A stretch of 64,000 bases of DNA from an uncultured Desulfarculus sp. (GCA_963665125.2 CAXXUK010000001.1:2656001-2720000); one strand, 5' to 3'. Positions 17,837 to 27,109 are shown, numbered from the stretch's first letter. The notes: generated by a model from the letters alone, not told the origin. Numbers and translations are program-made.

Positions 17837-18957
17837 AGCTGGGCGTATTGGGCGGCCATGCTTTGCAGGCTGAAGTTGTCGATCACCCGCTGACGCCCGG
17901 CCGATCCCATTTCCAGACGCAATTGACGGTCCAAGGCCAGCCCGCGTAGATTGGCCCCCAGGCTCTCTGGGTCGGCGGCCGCCGACAACAACCCGCTGAC
18001 GCCATGTTCGACGATCTCGCCGGTCCCGCCGACGTCGGTTGCCGCCACGGCCAACCCGGTGGACATCCCCTCCAGGATGGACAATGACACGCCCTCGCTC
18101 AGCGATGAATTGACAAACACATCGGCCCCGGCCAACAGGCGCGGCACATCGTGGCGGGTGCCCAACAGCAACACCCTGTCCGCCAATCCCAAGGCCGCCG
18201 CCCTTGCCCGCAGGTCCTGGGCCAGATCGCCATCTCCAACGAAAACCAAAACAACATCGCCCCCGGCTCGGTTCAGGGCCTCCACGGCCATGAGGGGATC
18301 TTTTTCCGCTGAAAGCCTGGCCACGCTGACCATGACCATCGTGTGGTCTTGCAGGCCCAACTCGGCGCGGACATCCCGCCGGAGCCGTTCATCGGGCCGG
18401 AATATGCCGGTGTCCACTCCGTTATAAATCAGGCGCAGCCTGGCCTCGGGCAGACGGTCAACCTGCCGGGCAATGCGCATGGAATCGCGGCCCACACATA
18501 CGGTATAGCGGCAAAGCCTGCCCACGATGCGGCTAAGCAGGCGGTAACGGGGCGCGGCCCGCCAGGCCGGGCCGACCATGGACGCGCCGTGGCGGGTGCC
18601 TATCACCGGCGTGCGCGCCAGTATTCCGGCCAGGCCGGCGTAAAGCATGGCCCCCTGGTTGTGGGCGTGCAGCAGGTCGTAGCCTTCCCGGCGAATCAAG
18701 CTCCACAGCTTGGCCACAAGGCCGACGTCGAGCCCGGTGGCCTTGGCCAAGTCGACAACCTTGGCTCCATGCCGCCGGGCCTCGTCTTCCAGTTCGCCGC
18801 CGGATTGCATCACCGCTACGTCGGCCCGCAGACCGACCGATGGCGCGCTGCGAACCATCTCCACCACATCGCGTTCCAGGCCGCCTACCCGCAGAGACGA
18901 ACAAACATGCAAAATCCGTATGTTGTCTACCCCGTCTCCCGGCATTCTTTGCACCAT
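17812..18957 (-). CDS. Glycosyltransferase family 4
   Basis: GGLER, IYNGVD, ARLSAEKD and SSLSEGVSLSILEGM..ATDVGGTGE motifs. Confidence 0.92.
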   Translation of the reverse strand: MVQRMPGDGVDNIRILHVCSSLRVGGLERDVVEMVRSAPSVGLRADVAVMQSGGELEDEARRHGAKVVDLAKATGLDVGLVAKLWSLIRREGYDLLHAHNQGAMLYAGLAGILARTPVIGTRHGASMVGPAWRAAPRYRLLSRIVGRLCRYTVCVGRDSMRIARQVDRLPEARLRLIYNGVDTGIFRPDERLRRDVRAELGLQDHTMVMVSVARLSAEKDPLMAVEALNRAGGDVVLVFVGDGDLAQDLRARAAALGLADRVLLLGTRHDVPRLLAGADVFVNSSLSEGVSLSILEGMSTGLAVAATDVGGTGEIVEHGVSGLLSAAADPESLGANLRGLALDRQLRLEMGSAGRQRVIDNFSLQSMAAQYAQLYRAALGR

Positions 18958-19072
18958 ACCAGACCGCCGCGCTGTGACTATCTAGTAACAATTGAAATCA
19001 TTAACGATTTAAACTATCATGAATCGTGTTGAATTTGTCTTTTATTTGCCGGCAAGAGGTCAAGCAGTGCGA

Positions 19073-19267
19073 ATGTCCAATTTTCTAGCAGTTATCCTTG
19101 CTCTTCTGGGTGTGGCGGCGATAGGTTCTCTGGTGCCACTCCTCGATGCCTTCAACTATGCCCTGGACAAAGGCGGCACCCTCCTTGTGCTTAGCTTTCT
19201 GGTCTTGTTGTTGGGAATGGGAGTCTGGCTGATAATCGTAGCCTGGAGAATGTACCGGCGGAAATGA
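19073..19267 (+). CDS. Small two-TM membrane protein
   Basis: 64 aa with two hydrophobic stretches and a basic C-terminus (MYRRK). Confidence 0.5.
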   Translation: MSNFLAVILALLGVAAIGSLVPLLDAFNYALDKGGTLLVLSFLVLLLGMGVWLIIVAWRMYRRK

Positions 19268-19334
19268 AAACCAGGGCCGTTCATACCGCCTCCATCCACT
19301 CCGGAGGGATGGCCGCCTTGGTAACCGTGAGATA

Positions 19335-20510
19335 ATGGCAGATCAAGCTATACCCGACAACTACTGGCTGCGTGTCCTGGGTCTGACCAGCCTTTATCCC
19401 AATGCCTGGCAGCCCTTTGCCGCGACCTTCAACCGCCAGCAATTGGACGCACTTTCGAGCCAATGCCGGCTGAGCCTGGTGGCGCCGGTGTTTTTCACCC
19501 GCCTTTTCGGTCCCAAACCCGGCGGCGAGCCCAAGCCGCCCCATGAAGTGATCAGGCCGATTTATTGGTATCCGCCGGGCTTGCTTCGCGGCAGCCATGG
19601 GAGTTGTTTTTTCCGTAGCACCTGGCCCAGCCTACGCAAGGCGGCGGCGCGTCTCAAGCCCCAGGTAATGCTGGCAACATGGGCCTATCCCGACGGCTGG
19701 GCGGCTCTGCACGCGGCCCGCCGCCTGGGCCTGCCCCTGGTGCTCAAGCTGCACGGCTCGGACATAAACGTGCAACCGGCCGACGAGGCCCGCCGCCCGT
19801 TGATCAGCCGGGCTCTGGCCGGTGCGGACCAGGTCGTGGCCGTCAGCGGCGCCCTGGCCCGGCGGGCCGTGGAGCTTGGCGCGAGATCCAATACCACCCA
19901 CGTTGTGCCCAACGGCGTGGACGCCCGACTATTCCACCCCTCGGACAGAGCAGAATGCCGCGCCATGCTGGGCCTGCCCCAAGACGCCCGGATCGTGCTT
20001 TTCGTCGGCCACCTGGCCGCGATCAAGGACCCGCTAACCATTTTGGAGGCCATTGCCGGCGTGGACAATGCCCTGCTGGTCATGGTGGGCCATGGTCCGT
20101 TGAAAGACGCGATCATGCAAAAAACGGCGTCACTTGCCATGGGAAACCGCCTGGTCCTGGCCGGGGAGCAGCCCCTGGAAAAGGTGCCGCTGTACATGGC
20201 CGCCGCGGACTGTCTCTGTCTGGCCAGCCGGGCCGAGGGTTCGCCCAACGTGGTCCGGGAGGCCCTGTCCTGCGGACTGCCGGTGGTCGCCTCTGATGTC
20301 GGCGATATAGGGCAGGTCATAACCGACCCGCTGTTGGGGCGGATTTGCCCGCCCGGCGATATTGCCTGTTTTTCCCGATCCATCAGCGAGTTGTTGGGCC
20401 AAGACGCCCCGGCCGGGCAAATCCAGGCCAAGGCCGCCATACCGTCATGGAGGGAATCTGCCGGGCAACTGCTGGCCGTCCTGGAGCGGGCCGCCGCAGT
20501 ACGCTGTTGA
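19335..20510 (+). CDS. Glycosyltransferase family 4 (TuaC-like)
   Basis: WAYPDG, LHGSDIN, VPNGVD and SRAEGSPNVVREALSCGLPVVASDVG motifs. Confidence 0.9.
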   Translation: MADQAIPDNYWLRVLGLTSLYPNAWQPFAATFNRQQLDALSSQCRLSLVAPVFFTRLFGPKPGGEPKPPHEVIRPIYWYPPGLLRGSHGSCFFRSTWPSLRKAAARLKPQVMLATWAYPDGWAALHAARRLGLPLVLKLHGSDINVQPADEARRPLISRALAGADQVVAVSGALARRAVELGARSNTTHVVPNGVDARLFHPSDRAECRAMLGLPQDARIVLFVGHLAAIKDPLTILEAIAGVDNALLVMVGHGPLKDAIMQKTASLAMGNRLVLAGEQPLEKVPLYMAAADCLCLASRAEGSPNVVREALSCGLPVVASDVGDIGQVITDPLLGRICPPGDIACFSRSISELLGQDAPAGQIQAKAAIPSWRESAGQLLAVLERAAAVRC

Positions 20511-20523
20511 TTTTCCGGAATAA

Positions 20524-21444
20524 TCAGTTGGCGAACAACGCCGCCTGGCGCTGGGCCACTTCCTCGGGCAGCAGGCGCAGGGCCCTCTGGGGCAGGGCAA
20601 AGGCGGCCTGATGGGTGGGAATGTTGTAGTAGTCCATCCGGCCCAAGGCGGCGACGCGCTCGGGGTCCGGTTCGGCCAAGGGGTCCGGCCCCAGGGAGCA
20701 CAGGGCCAAGCCCATGACCCCGGAGACATAAGTCGGCACGTTGGTGGTGTAATAGTGGGCGTAGTCGAACATATCAACTAAAAATTCGAACACGTCGCTG
20801 ATCAAATCGGCATAGAGGAAATAGGACTCCATCTGAGCCGCCACCACGCCGCCGGGTTTCAGAGCCCTGCGCACGTCTTCGTAAAAGGAGCGGCCATACA
20901 GGGCCTGGGCCGGGCCGATAGGGTCCGAGCTGTCGATGATCACTGCATCCCACCGGCCCTGGGAGCCGCGCATGAACTCCACGGCGTCCTGGGTGCGCAC
21001 CTCGACCCTGTCGTCCTCCAGGCTTTGAGCCACCTGGGGCAGGTGCTCTTTACTGGCCCGAACCACCTCCGCATCAATCTCGCACACGACAACCCGTTCA
21101 ACGCTGTCATGGCGTAGCGTCTCGCGGACAATACCGCCGTCTCCGCCGCCCACCACCAGCACCTCCTTGGGCTCGGGATGGGTCAGCAGGGGAACGTGGG
21201 TAAGCATCTCGTGATAGGCCGCCTCGTCAAAATCGCAGGTCTGAGGCACGCCGTCCAAAAGCAGCATGTTACCCAGTTCTCCGGCGTCGATCATCTGGAG
21301 ATGCTGGTACTTTGTTTGCCGGTCTTCCAGCACCCGGTCAACACCGATGCAAAGGCGCAGAGATCCATCAAGCTCCGGCGGCTCCAGATACAGGGCGCCG
21401 TCCCGGAGTTGATTGGTCGCTTTTTTGTCTAGTCCGTCAGCCAT
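20524..21444 (-). CDS. speE: Polyamine aminopropyltransferase (spermidine synthase)
   Basis: LLLDGVPQ..YHEML, VLVVGGGDGGIVRE and IIDSSDPIGPA motifs. Directly downstream of speD. Confidence 0.95.
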   Translation of the reverse strand: MADGLDKKATNQLRDGALYLEPPELDGSLRLCIGVDRVLEDRQTKYQHLQMIDAGELGNMLLLDGVPQTCDFDEAAYHEMLTHVPLLTHPEPKEVLVVGGGDGGIVRETLRHDSVERVVVCEIDAEVVRASKEHLPQVAQSLEDDRVEVRTQDAVEFMRGSQGRWDAVIIDSSDPIGPAQALYGRSFYEDVRRALKPGGVVAAQMESYFLYADLISDVFEFLVDMFDYAHYYTTNVPTYVSGVMGLALCSLGPDPLAEPDPERVAALGRMDYYNIPTHQAAFALPQRALRLLPEEVAQRQAALFAN

Positions 21445-21499
21445 TTCCTTGCAGGACCCGGAGTTCGGGGCGCGCCGCCCCGAATCGTCGGTTCGTCAG

Positions 21500-21904
21500 T
21501 CAAGTATCCCCGCCGCAGGCAACCTGGGGTTTGTGCATGATCTGGTCATCGGGCATGTCCAGCATGCCCCTGGTCAACATCATCTTCTGCACGTTCTGGG
21601 CCTTGAGGCCGCTACGCAGGCTTTCGGTGGCCGCATGCATATCAATGACATCACCGCAGGTAAAGACATCCAACGCGGCGTAACCGTACTCGGGCCAGGT
21701 GTGGATCGTGAAATGAGATTCGCTGATGATGATCACGCCACTGACGCCCTGGGGGGCGAATTGGTGAAAAAACGGCTTGATCATCGTGGCGCCGGAGGCG
21801 TGAACGGCCCGCGTCATTTCGGTTTCGATTGTTTGCGGATCATCAAGGATAGCTTGGGGGCAGCCATACAATTCGAGGATGAGGTGCTGTCCTAATGCTT
21901 TCAT
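21500..21904 (-). CDS. speD: S-adenosylmethionine decarboxylase proenzyme
   Basis: GQHLILELYGC and GVSGVIIISESHFTIHTWPEYGYAALDVFTCG (E-S autocleavage site). GGGGAGG RBS. Confidence 0.96.
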   Translation of the reverse strand: MKALGQHLILELYGCPQAILDDPQTIETEMTRAVHASGATMIKPFFHQFAPQGVSGVIIISESHFTIHTWPEYGYAALDVFTCGDVIDMHAATESLRSGLKAQNVQKMMLTRGMLDMPDDQIMHKPQVACGGDT

Positions 21905-22375
21905 AGCCCCTCCCCAGCCGGATCACTTTAGAGCCTTTCGGCCCTCGCGCCCGGATTGCCAGGGTTATTCCATAATGGTGGCCGCCTTGAAAAGCGACCA
22001 ACAAATCACTGCAAAATGGGAACCCAAGCGCAAAACGCATCATCGCCGGGGGGCGGAAGCTGCTGTGCCTGAAAGCATTCAGGCCATTGAGATATGTGCG
22101 TTTTTAAGACCCGGTCCCGCTAGAAGCTGCGCATTTTTGCGTCGCGAACGGGAGGGCGTTGCATGGGGTCCCCCGTTTCTTTGTTCGCCATGAAGCCGAC
22201 GAGCCCCAAGAGCGATATACTGTAAAAGGTGACGGCAATTACTACACCTTCTGATACTGTGCGTCAACACAGTAACGCAACTTGTTAAAAAAAACATACC
22301 GGTATTTTCATGCCGCTTCGGGCATAACCATAAATTTCCTTGATATATCTTCCGTTTCCTATGTTATCGTTTGTA

Positions 22376-22404
22376 TTGACGCTTGGTCTCAAGGGCCCTA
22401 ACAT
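22376..22404 (+). promoter_or_regulatory. Sigma70-type promoter of ihfA
   Basis: TTGACG (22376-22381), 17-nt spacer, TAACAT (22399-22404). Confidence 0.65.
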
Positions 22405-22441
22405 ATAAAAGAAGCATATGATCAAACCAAGGGGACGGAAC

Positions 22442-22723
22442 ATGACCTTGACAAAAGCCGACATCATCGCTCGTGTTTATGCGAAGGGACAGCTAACCAA
22501 GGCTGAGGCGTCCGACAGCGTGGAAAAATCACTCGGCCTCATCAAGCAAGCTCTGGATGCGGGAGACGAGGTGCTGGTAAGCGGTTTCGGAAAGTGGACG
22601 GTGCGGGACAAGAACCAACGCCGGGGCCGTAATCCGCAAACCGGCGATCCGTTGACTCTACCGCCGCGCCGGGTGGTTACATTCAGGCCGTCAAGGGTGC
22701 TCAAGGCGAAGATCCAGAAATAA
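22442..22723 (+). CDS. ihfA: Integration host factor alpha / HU family DNA-binding protein
   Basis: MTLTKADI..SGFGKW.VRDK..RRGRNPQTG..RRVVTFRPS. Confidence 0.88.
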   Translation: MTLTKADIIARVYAKGQLTKAEASDSVEKSLGLIKQALDAGDEVLVSGFGKWTVRDKNQRRGRNPQTGDPLTLPPRRVVTFRPSRVLKAKIQK

Positions 22724-22916
22724 GCACCTCGGGCCTTATCGCGATGCCGCTTGGGTGGACACCGATCCGCCGAGGCGGCATTGCTTTGTATTTCAGCCAA
22801 ATATCGGGTTAATTTTACCCGGCCCGCGAATTTATTACCCACCAGCCAGTCGGCCTATTTCTTTTTCCGTAATATAACCCCTCCTTATTCCGTCATATTT
22901 GGCAAAAGCGATTTAC

Positions 22917-22932
22917 TGGCATGGTATGTGCT
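22917..22932 (+). promoter_or_regulatory. Sigma54 (-24/-12) promoter
   Basis: TGGCATGGTATGTGCT has exact GG-N10-GC spacing and lies 38 nt before ATG 22971. Confidence 0.7.
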
Positions 22933-22970
22933 TTATTCATGGACCAACAAGCCAGCAATGGAGGGACACA

Positions 22971-23141
22971 ATGAGTACGCCAGCTGTCAGCATCAAAGAA
23001 ATCAAGCGTATGTCGCGCAACAGGATTCGCACCACCGTGGGCCAATTGATTGCCGCTTTGCAGGATGCCAGTGATGATGATCTGTTGGTAATCGCCGCGG
23101 CCGCCCGGATCTTGGCGGAAAACGGCCACTTGGAGTCGTAA
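22971..23141 (+). CDS. 56-aa hypothetical protein
   Basis: GGAGG RBS. MSTPAVSIKEIKRMSRNRIRTTVGQLIAALQDASDDDLLVIAAAARILAENGHLES. Confidence 0.6.
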   Translation: MSTPAVSIKEIKRMSRNRIRTTVGQLIAALQDASDDDLLVIAAAARILAENGHLES

Positions 23142-23142
23142 A

Positions 23143-23229
23143 TTGCAAGTCTTGGAATTCATAAAAGCTCTGGCCTGCACCTGCGGCGCGGTCATGGGGC
23201 TGGTGCTCGCCCTGACCGGATGGTTTTAA
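23143..23229 (+). CDS. 28-aa hydrophobic peptide (not in the ORF track)
   Basis: GGAG at 23132-23135, TTG start, MQVLEFIKALACTCGAVMGLVLALTGWF*. Sixteen consecutive codons end in G/C. Confidence 0.45.
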   Translation: MQVLEFIKALACTCGAVMGLVLALTGWF

Positions 23230-23284
23230 TCCGGGGGAGATCAGCCGACTCACGCCCTCAACCTAAATCGCCGGCCCGACATTT

Positions 23285-23399
23285 CCAGGCCCAATGCTTG
23301 GGCTCCCAGTTCGCGGACAAAACTCAGCATCCCGATAAACGCCTGTGGCCCCGGACATGCTTCGTCGGCCAGGCCGCCCCAGGCCCAATGTTTGGGTTC
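23285..23399. repeat. Pair of 21-bp palindromic direct repeats
   Basis: CCAGGCCCAATGCTTGGGCTC (23285-23305) and CCAGGCCCAATGTTTGGGTTC (23379-23399). The 13-bp core recurs inverted at 23858-23870. Confidence 0.7.
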
Positions 23400-23460
23400 A
23401 ATGCCTAACCTTTTCCAGCTCTGTGCCGACGCAATCTTTCCGAATAAAGCCAATATTCCC

Positions 23461-23530
23461 CTGGGGGAAGTGGGGACCCCCTTTCGACAAAGGTGGTCCC
23501 TGTCTCCCCCCAGACCCCCTATCCCCCCTC
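23461..23530. repeat. REP/MITE-like long hairpin followed by C-tracts
   Basis: GGGACCCCCTTT-CGAC-AAAGGTGGTCCC (1 mismatch) enclosed by CTGGGGG/CCCCCAG, then ACCCCCTATCCCCCCTC. Confidence 0.55.
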
Positions 23531-23956
23531 CAAATGACGTTGCCTCAAGATGGGTCTGAGATTCCCTGGGATACGCCAGTATCAATAGCCAATCCGTGCG
23601 TGTTGGCGAATGGAATTGCTCGCTTCATACAGGCCTACGCCATGACCCGGTATGCGGGCCGTGCCCGATAACAGATTAGTGGCCGGTTGAGTCTGGCTAT
23701 TTGCTTGGCAACACCTGTTCCAAATGGATAGGCTGGCCAGGACGGCCAGCCCGGCGCAGCGCGAAGCCATGCGCCGTAAGCCCCGGATCGGACTTGCTAC
23801 GGCCGGGGCGCTGTTTCTCGGGCCAGGGACGGCCCGAGAAACAAGGAACAGCAGCACCCCAAGCATTGGGTTGACCGGGGCGATGGCGTCGCGTAATCTT
23901 GGTCATGATCAACCAGCCGGTTATACGGGCGTAATCAGGCGCCCGGGGGAAAAGAC

Positions 23957-24214
23957 ATGCCGAAATACTTCCATTCCTTTATTGAAGAATATGACGAATT
24001 GATCGCCTTTGGCCTGGACCGTAAAAACGACGAACTGGCGGTGAAGGCCTACTTGCAGATGTTTTCCGATGATGATTGCAGTTCGGTGATGACCAGCCGC
24101 ATGAAGCAGGATGAGCTGACGGCCCTGTTCGACATGATCAGCGACCTGTTGCGGCGGCATCTGAATGAAGAAGAGTATCACAACCTCTTCCTCAAGGAAG
24201 AACACCACCATTAA
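23957..24214 (+). CDS. Conserved small cytoplasmic protein
   Basis: GGGGG RBS. Acidic 85-aa helical protein (AFGLDR..YLQMFSDD..HL.EEEYH.LFLK). Confidence 0.75.
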   Translation: MPKYFHSFIEEYDELIAFGLDRKNDELAVKAYLQMFSDDDCSSVMTSRMKQDELTALFDMISDLLRRHLNEEEYHNLFLKEEHHH

Positions 24215-24234
24215 CAGACCGTCGGGGGCTGATC

Positions 24235-25368
24235 ATGAGCCAAGTCAAGCCATCGGACCTTATGGCCATCCGGGCTGTTTTGGAAGGCGCGTTTTTTTCG
24301 CCGCTGCGACTGTACGACTGGCCCGCCTTTTTATTCGGCCAACCGGGGCTGTTGGACCTGGAAGACGAAGAGGTCTTTGACATCTTTGTACGGGCCGCCA
24401 CCGCATCATTTACGCTGCATCCGGAGATGGACCCGGCCACGCCGCCCCTGGAGCGAATCTTCCAATCCGACGGCCCGGCGGTTTTGGCCCAGGTAATGGC
24501 CAACCTGCGGGGCGACAGGCCCATGCTGTTCCACCGGATGCTGTTGTCGCTGCCGACTATCAAGGACGGCTCGCTGAATCCCCAGGACTTTGAGCTGGTG
24601 GAGGATTTCCTGGCCAAGGCCCTGGCGTCGCCAATGGAGTTGAGCCAGTCGGCGGCCGACGAAACCGATGTGCTTTACAAACGGGGCATGCGAGCGGCGG
24701 GTCTGGATCCGGACAATATCTCCGACGAGTTGTTGGAGGCCGCCGCCCGGATATTGGCCCACCCCGAGGCCAGGCGCTGCACCAGCGATATCGAGCTATT
24801 GATGTGGCTCTGCGGCGGCGGGGCCACCGAGGGCATCCCGGCCGACTTGGCCACAGGAGCCGTGGTGGAGGCCTGGAGCCGCTGGGTGGCGGCGGTGACG
24901 GCCCAGCCCGAGGGCATGAGGCTGTTGATGCGTCTGTGGCCGGAGATGGCCCTGAGCCAGGCAGAGTTGGACCAGTTCGGCCCGTCGGCCAGGGAAGGCG
25001 ATCCGGTCATCGAGGCCCAGTGCCCCTATTGCGCGGCCGTCAATTCCCTGCGCCTGGGCTCCAAGGTTGAAGAAATTACCCGCTGCCCCCATCTGATATT
25101 CGTGGGCACCAGCGACGAGGCCCACCTGTTCCAGGTGCTCAGGCACTTTGACATGGGCGCCGACACCGAGGCCCTGCTGGAGTCGTATTACGACTCTCCG
25201 GCCGACATGGACCTCTACGCCACGTTCGTCAACGACATGGTGGAGATGCTCCTGGCCCAGGGCCGCCTGGATTCAGCCGAGGTGACCTGCAAACGCTCGC
25301 CCCAGGCGTTTTATTATTTGCGGGCCTATTTCGCGGCCAGGGAAGAAGACGAAGCCACGAGGCACTGA
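24235..25368 (+). CDS. Hypothetical protein with a putative Zn-binding motif
   Basis: Long ORF with host-like codon usage and a CPYC...CPH motif. Confidence 0.7.
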   Translation: MSQVKPSDLMAIRAVLEGAFFSPLRLYDWPAFLFGQPGLLDLEDEEVFDIFVRAATASFTLHPEMDPATPPLERIFQSDGPAVLAQVMANLRGDRPMLFHRMLLSLPTIKDGSLNPQDFELVEDFLAKALASPMELSQSAADETDVLYKRGMRAAGLDPDNISDELLEAAARILAHPEARRCTSDIELLMWLCGGGATEGIPADLATGAVVEAWSRWVAAVTAQPEGMRLLMRLWPEMALSQAELDQFGPSAREGDPVIEAQCPYCAAVNSLRLGSKVEEITRCPHLIFVGTSDEAHLFQVLRHFDMGADTEALLESYYDSPADMDLYATFVNDMVEMLLAQGRLDSAEVTCKRSPQAFYYLRAYFAAREEDEATRH

Positions 25369-25413
25369 GCAGGCCCGTTTTTTGGCGGCAACCAGCCTAT
25401 TGGAGGATTCACC

Positions 25414-26463
25414 GTGCAATTATCCGAGCTGTTGGCCAAAGTATGCGACCCGGTAGGCCCTCCGGGCAGGGAAGACGAGGTGCGCCGGGTGATCAGCGAA
25501 CTGGCCGCGCCCCATGCCCACAAGCTGGAGACCGACCGCATGGGCAACCTGCGGGCCTGGATAAACCCGGACAAGCGGCCCCTGGTCATGCTCGACGCCC
25601 ACATGGACGAGGTCTGTTTCGTGGTCCAGCGCATCACCGACGGCGGCTGGCTGGGCATCGCCGCCATGAACGGATTCGAGCCCAGGGTGCTGCCCGGCGC
25701 CTCGGTGCTGCTCCAGCCCAGGCCGGGCAAGCTGGTGCGGGGCGTTGTGGGCCTGGCCCCGCCTCATATCGAAAAACCGGCTGACCGGGAAAAGGCCCTG
25801 CCCATGGAAAGCCTGTTCGTAGATATCGGAGCCTCCAACGCCGAGGAGGCCCAAAAGGCGGGCATCGAGATCGGCACACCGGGCGTGGCCGACGCGGGCA
25901 GCGGCAGGCTGCTGGGCAAAGTTTATCATCACCGCAACCTGGACGACCGGGCCGGGTGCGCCATTCTACTGGACGTGCTGGGCCGCTTGGCCGCTACGCC
26001 TCCGGATATGGGCGTGGTCTGCAACTTTGCCGTGGCCGAGGAAGTTGGCCTGCGCGGGGCCACCACCGCCGCCTTTGACCTGGACCCGGACCTGGCCCTG
26101 GCGGTGGAGGTGACCATCGGCGATACGCCGGGCGTGGACTTGGCCCGCCAGGTCAGCAAGCTGGGCAAGGGACCGGTGATCACCGTGGCCGACGGCCGGA
26201 TCATCGTGCCCTGGGCCATTGTGGAGTCACTGGAGCGGGCCGCCGCAGCCGCCGGGACACCCTGCCAACGCAAGCTGCCGCCCTATGGCGGCACCGACGC
26301 CGGGGCCATCCACATCAGCAGGGGCGGCATCCCCACCGGCGTGGTCAGCGTGCCCAGCCGCAACATCCATTCGCCGGTTAGCCTGCTCAATCTCGACGAT
26401 CTTGCGGCCACGGCCAACTTGGTTGAGCAATGGGTGCGGAGTTCGGCGGCCTTGGCAAATTGA
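25414..26463 (+). CDS. M42 family (TET-like) metallo-aminopeptidase
   Basis: DAHMDEV, LDDRAG, EEVGLRGA, GGTDAG and IHSP motifs. GGAGG RBS. Confidence 0.93.
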   Translation: MQLSELLAKVCDPVGPPGREDEVRRVISELAAPHAHKLETDRMGNLRAWINPDKRPLVMLDAHMDEVCFVVQRITDGGWLGIAAMNGFEPRVLPGASVLLQPRPGKLVRGVVGLAPPHIEKPADREKALPMESLFVDIGASNAEEAQKAGIEIGTPGVADAGSGRLLGKVYHHRNLDDRAGCAILLDVLGRLAATPPDMGVVCNFAVAEEVGLRGATTAAFDLDPDLALAVEVTIGDTPGVDLARQVSKLGKGPVITVADGRIIVPWAIVESLERAAAAAGTPCQRKLPPYGGTDAGAIHISRGGIPTGVVSVPSRNIHSPVSLLNLDDLAATANLVEQWVRSSAALAN

Positions 26464-26592
26464 CACCAGCGCCGCGGTCCGGGATGCATGCCGGGCCGCG
26501 GCTTATTTCCCACCAACTGAGTTACATTTTCCCCGCCCGGCAATTATCATAAGAGGAATATCAAAGCGGCGCCTTCATCAAGCACCGCCCAT

Positions 26593-26627
26593 AAAAAAGC
26601 CGGGCCGCGAAGCCCGGTCGTTCTTTT
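26593..26627. terminator. Bidirectional intrinsic terminator
   Basis: AAAAAA-GCCGGGC-cgcgaa-GCCCGGT-cgTTCTTTT between convergent genes. Confidence 0.7.
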
Positions 26628-26644
26628 AGTCTAATGGCTTTTTG

Positions 26645-27109
26645 CTATGCCGTGCCGCCGTCGTTGCCGCCCAACGGACCCAGGAAGCTCTTGAGGATGG
26701 CCGGGCTGGGCATGAAATCCGACTCCGCCAGGTAGCGCTTCTGGTCGGCGGCGATTCTCGCCTCGGCCTTTTTGGCCACCCGGTAAAGCCCGACTATTCC
26801 CTGCTCGGCAAGGTCTTCCAGGCTGTTTATTTGATTTGGCTTGGGCGGCCCCACCACAAGATCATAGACACTGGCGGCGGCAATGCGCTTCACCCGGTCA
26901 GGCTTGCAGTTGGCCACCCACTGGCCCAACTGACTCACTATGTCCTCCGAATCCCCTCCAGCGGCACTCCCTGTAACCTGCTGACATATAATTGATCGGC
27001 CGGCAGGGGCCGTAACTTGAGTCAATTTTTGGTCCGGCGGTTGCCCCATACTGTCCATCCGAGGCATTGTCTTGAATTTATGGGATATTCGACTTGAAAA
27101 AAGATTCAC
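26645..27109 (-). CDS. Hypothetical protein (start uncertain, possibly near 27058)
   Basis: The ORF fills the gap and ends just before the terminator. No motif recognised. Confidence 0.45.
   Translation of the reverse strand: MNLFSSRISHKFKTMPRMDSMGQPPDQKLTQVTAPAGRSIICQQVTGSAAGGDSEDIVSQLGQWVANCKPDRVKRIAAASVYDLVVGPPKPNQINSLEDLAEQGIVGLYRVAKKAEARIAADQKRYLAESDFMPSPAILKSFLGPLGGNDGGTA

Noticed and set aside
1..20510. PEP-CTERM substrate of the exosortase
   Set aside because: No ORF in the window ends in a VPEP-TM-basic tail, so targets must lie elsewhere.
21905..22300. SAM-I or c-di-GMP riboswitch upstream of speD
   Set aside because: The consensus cores were not found by eye. Only the hairpin reported under findings is supported.
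23285..23399. Possible mini-CRISPR
   Set aside because: Only two 21-bp repeats with a 73-bp spacer, and no cas genes in the window.
23604..23620. Sigma54-like TGGCGAATGGAATTGCT
   Set aside because: GG-to-GC spacing is 11 nt rather than the required 10.
23250..24002. Several 70-110-aa ORFs in the intergenic gap (for example 23582..23866 minus, 23345..23671 plus)
   Set aside because: No convincing RBS, atypical composition, mutual overlap, and they run through hairpin elements.
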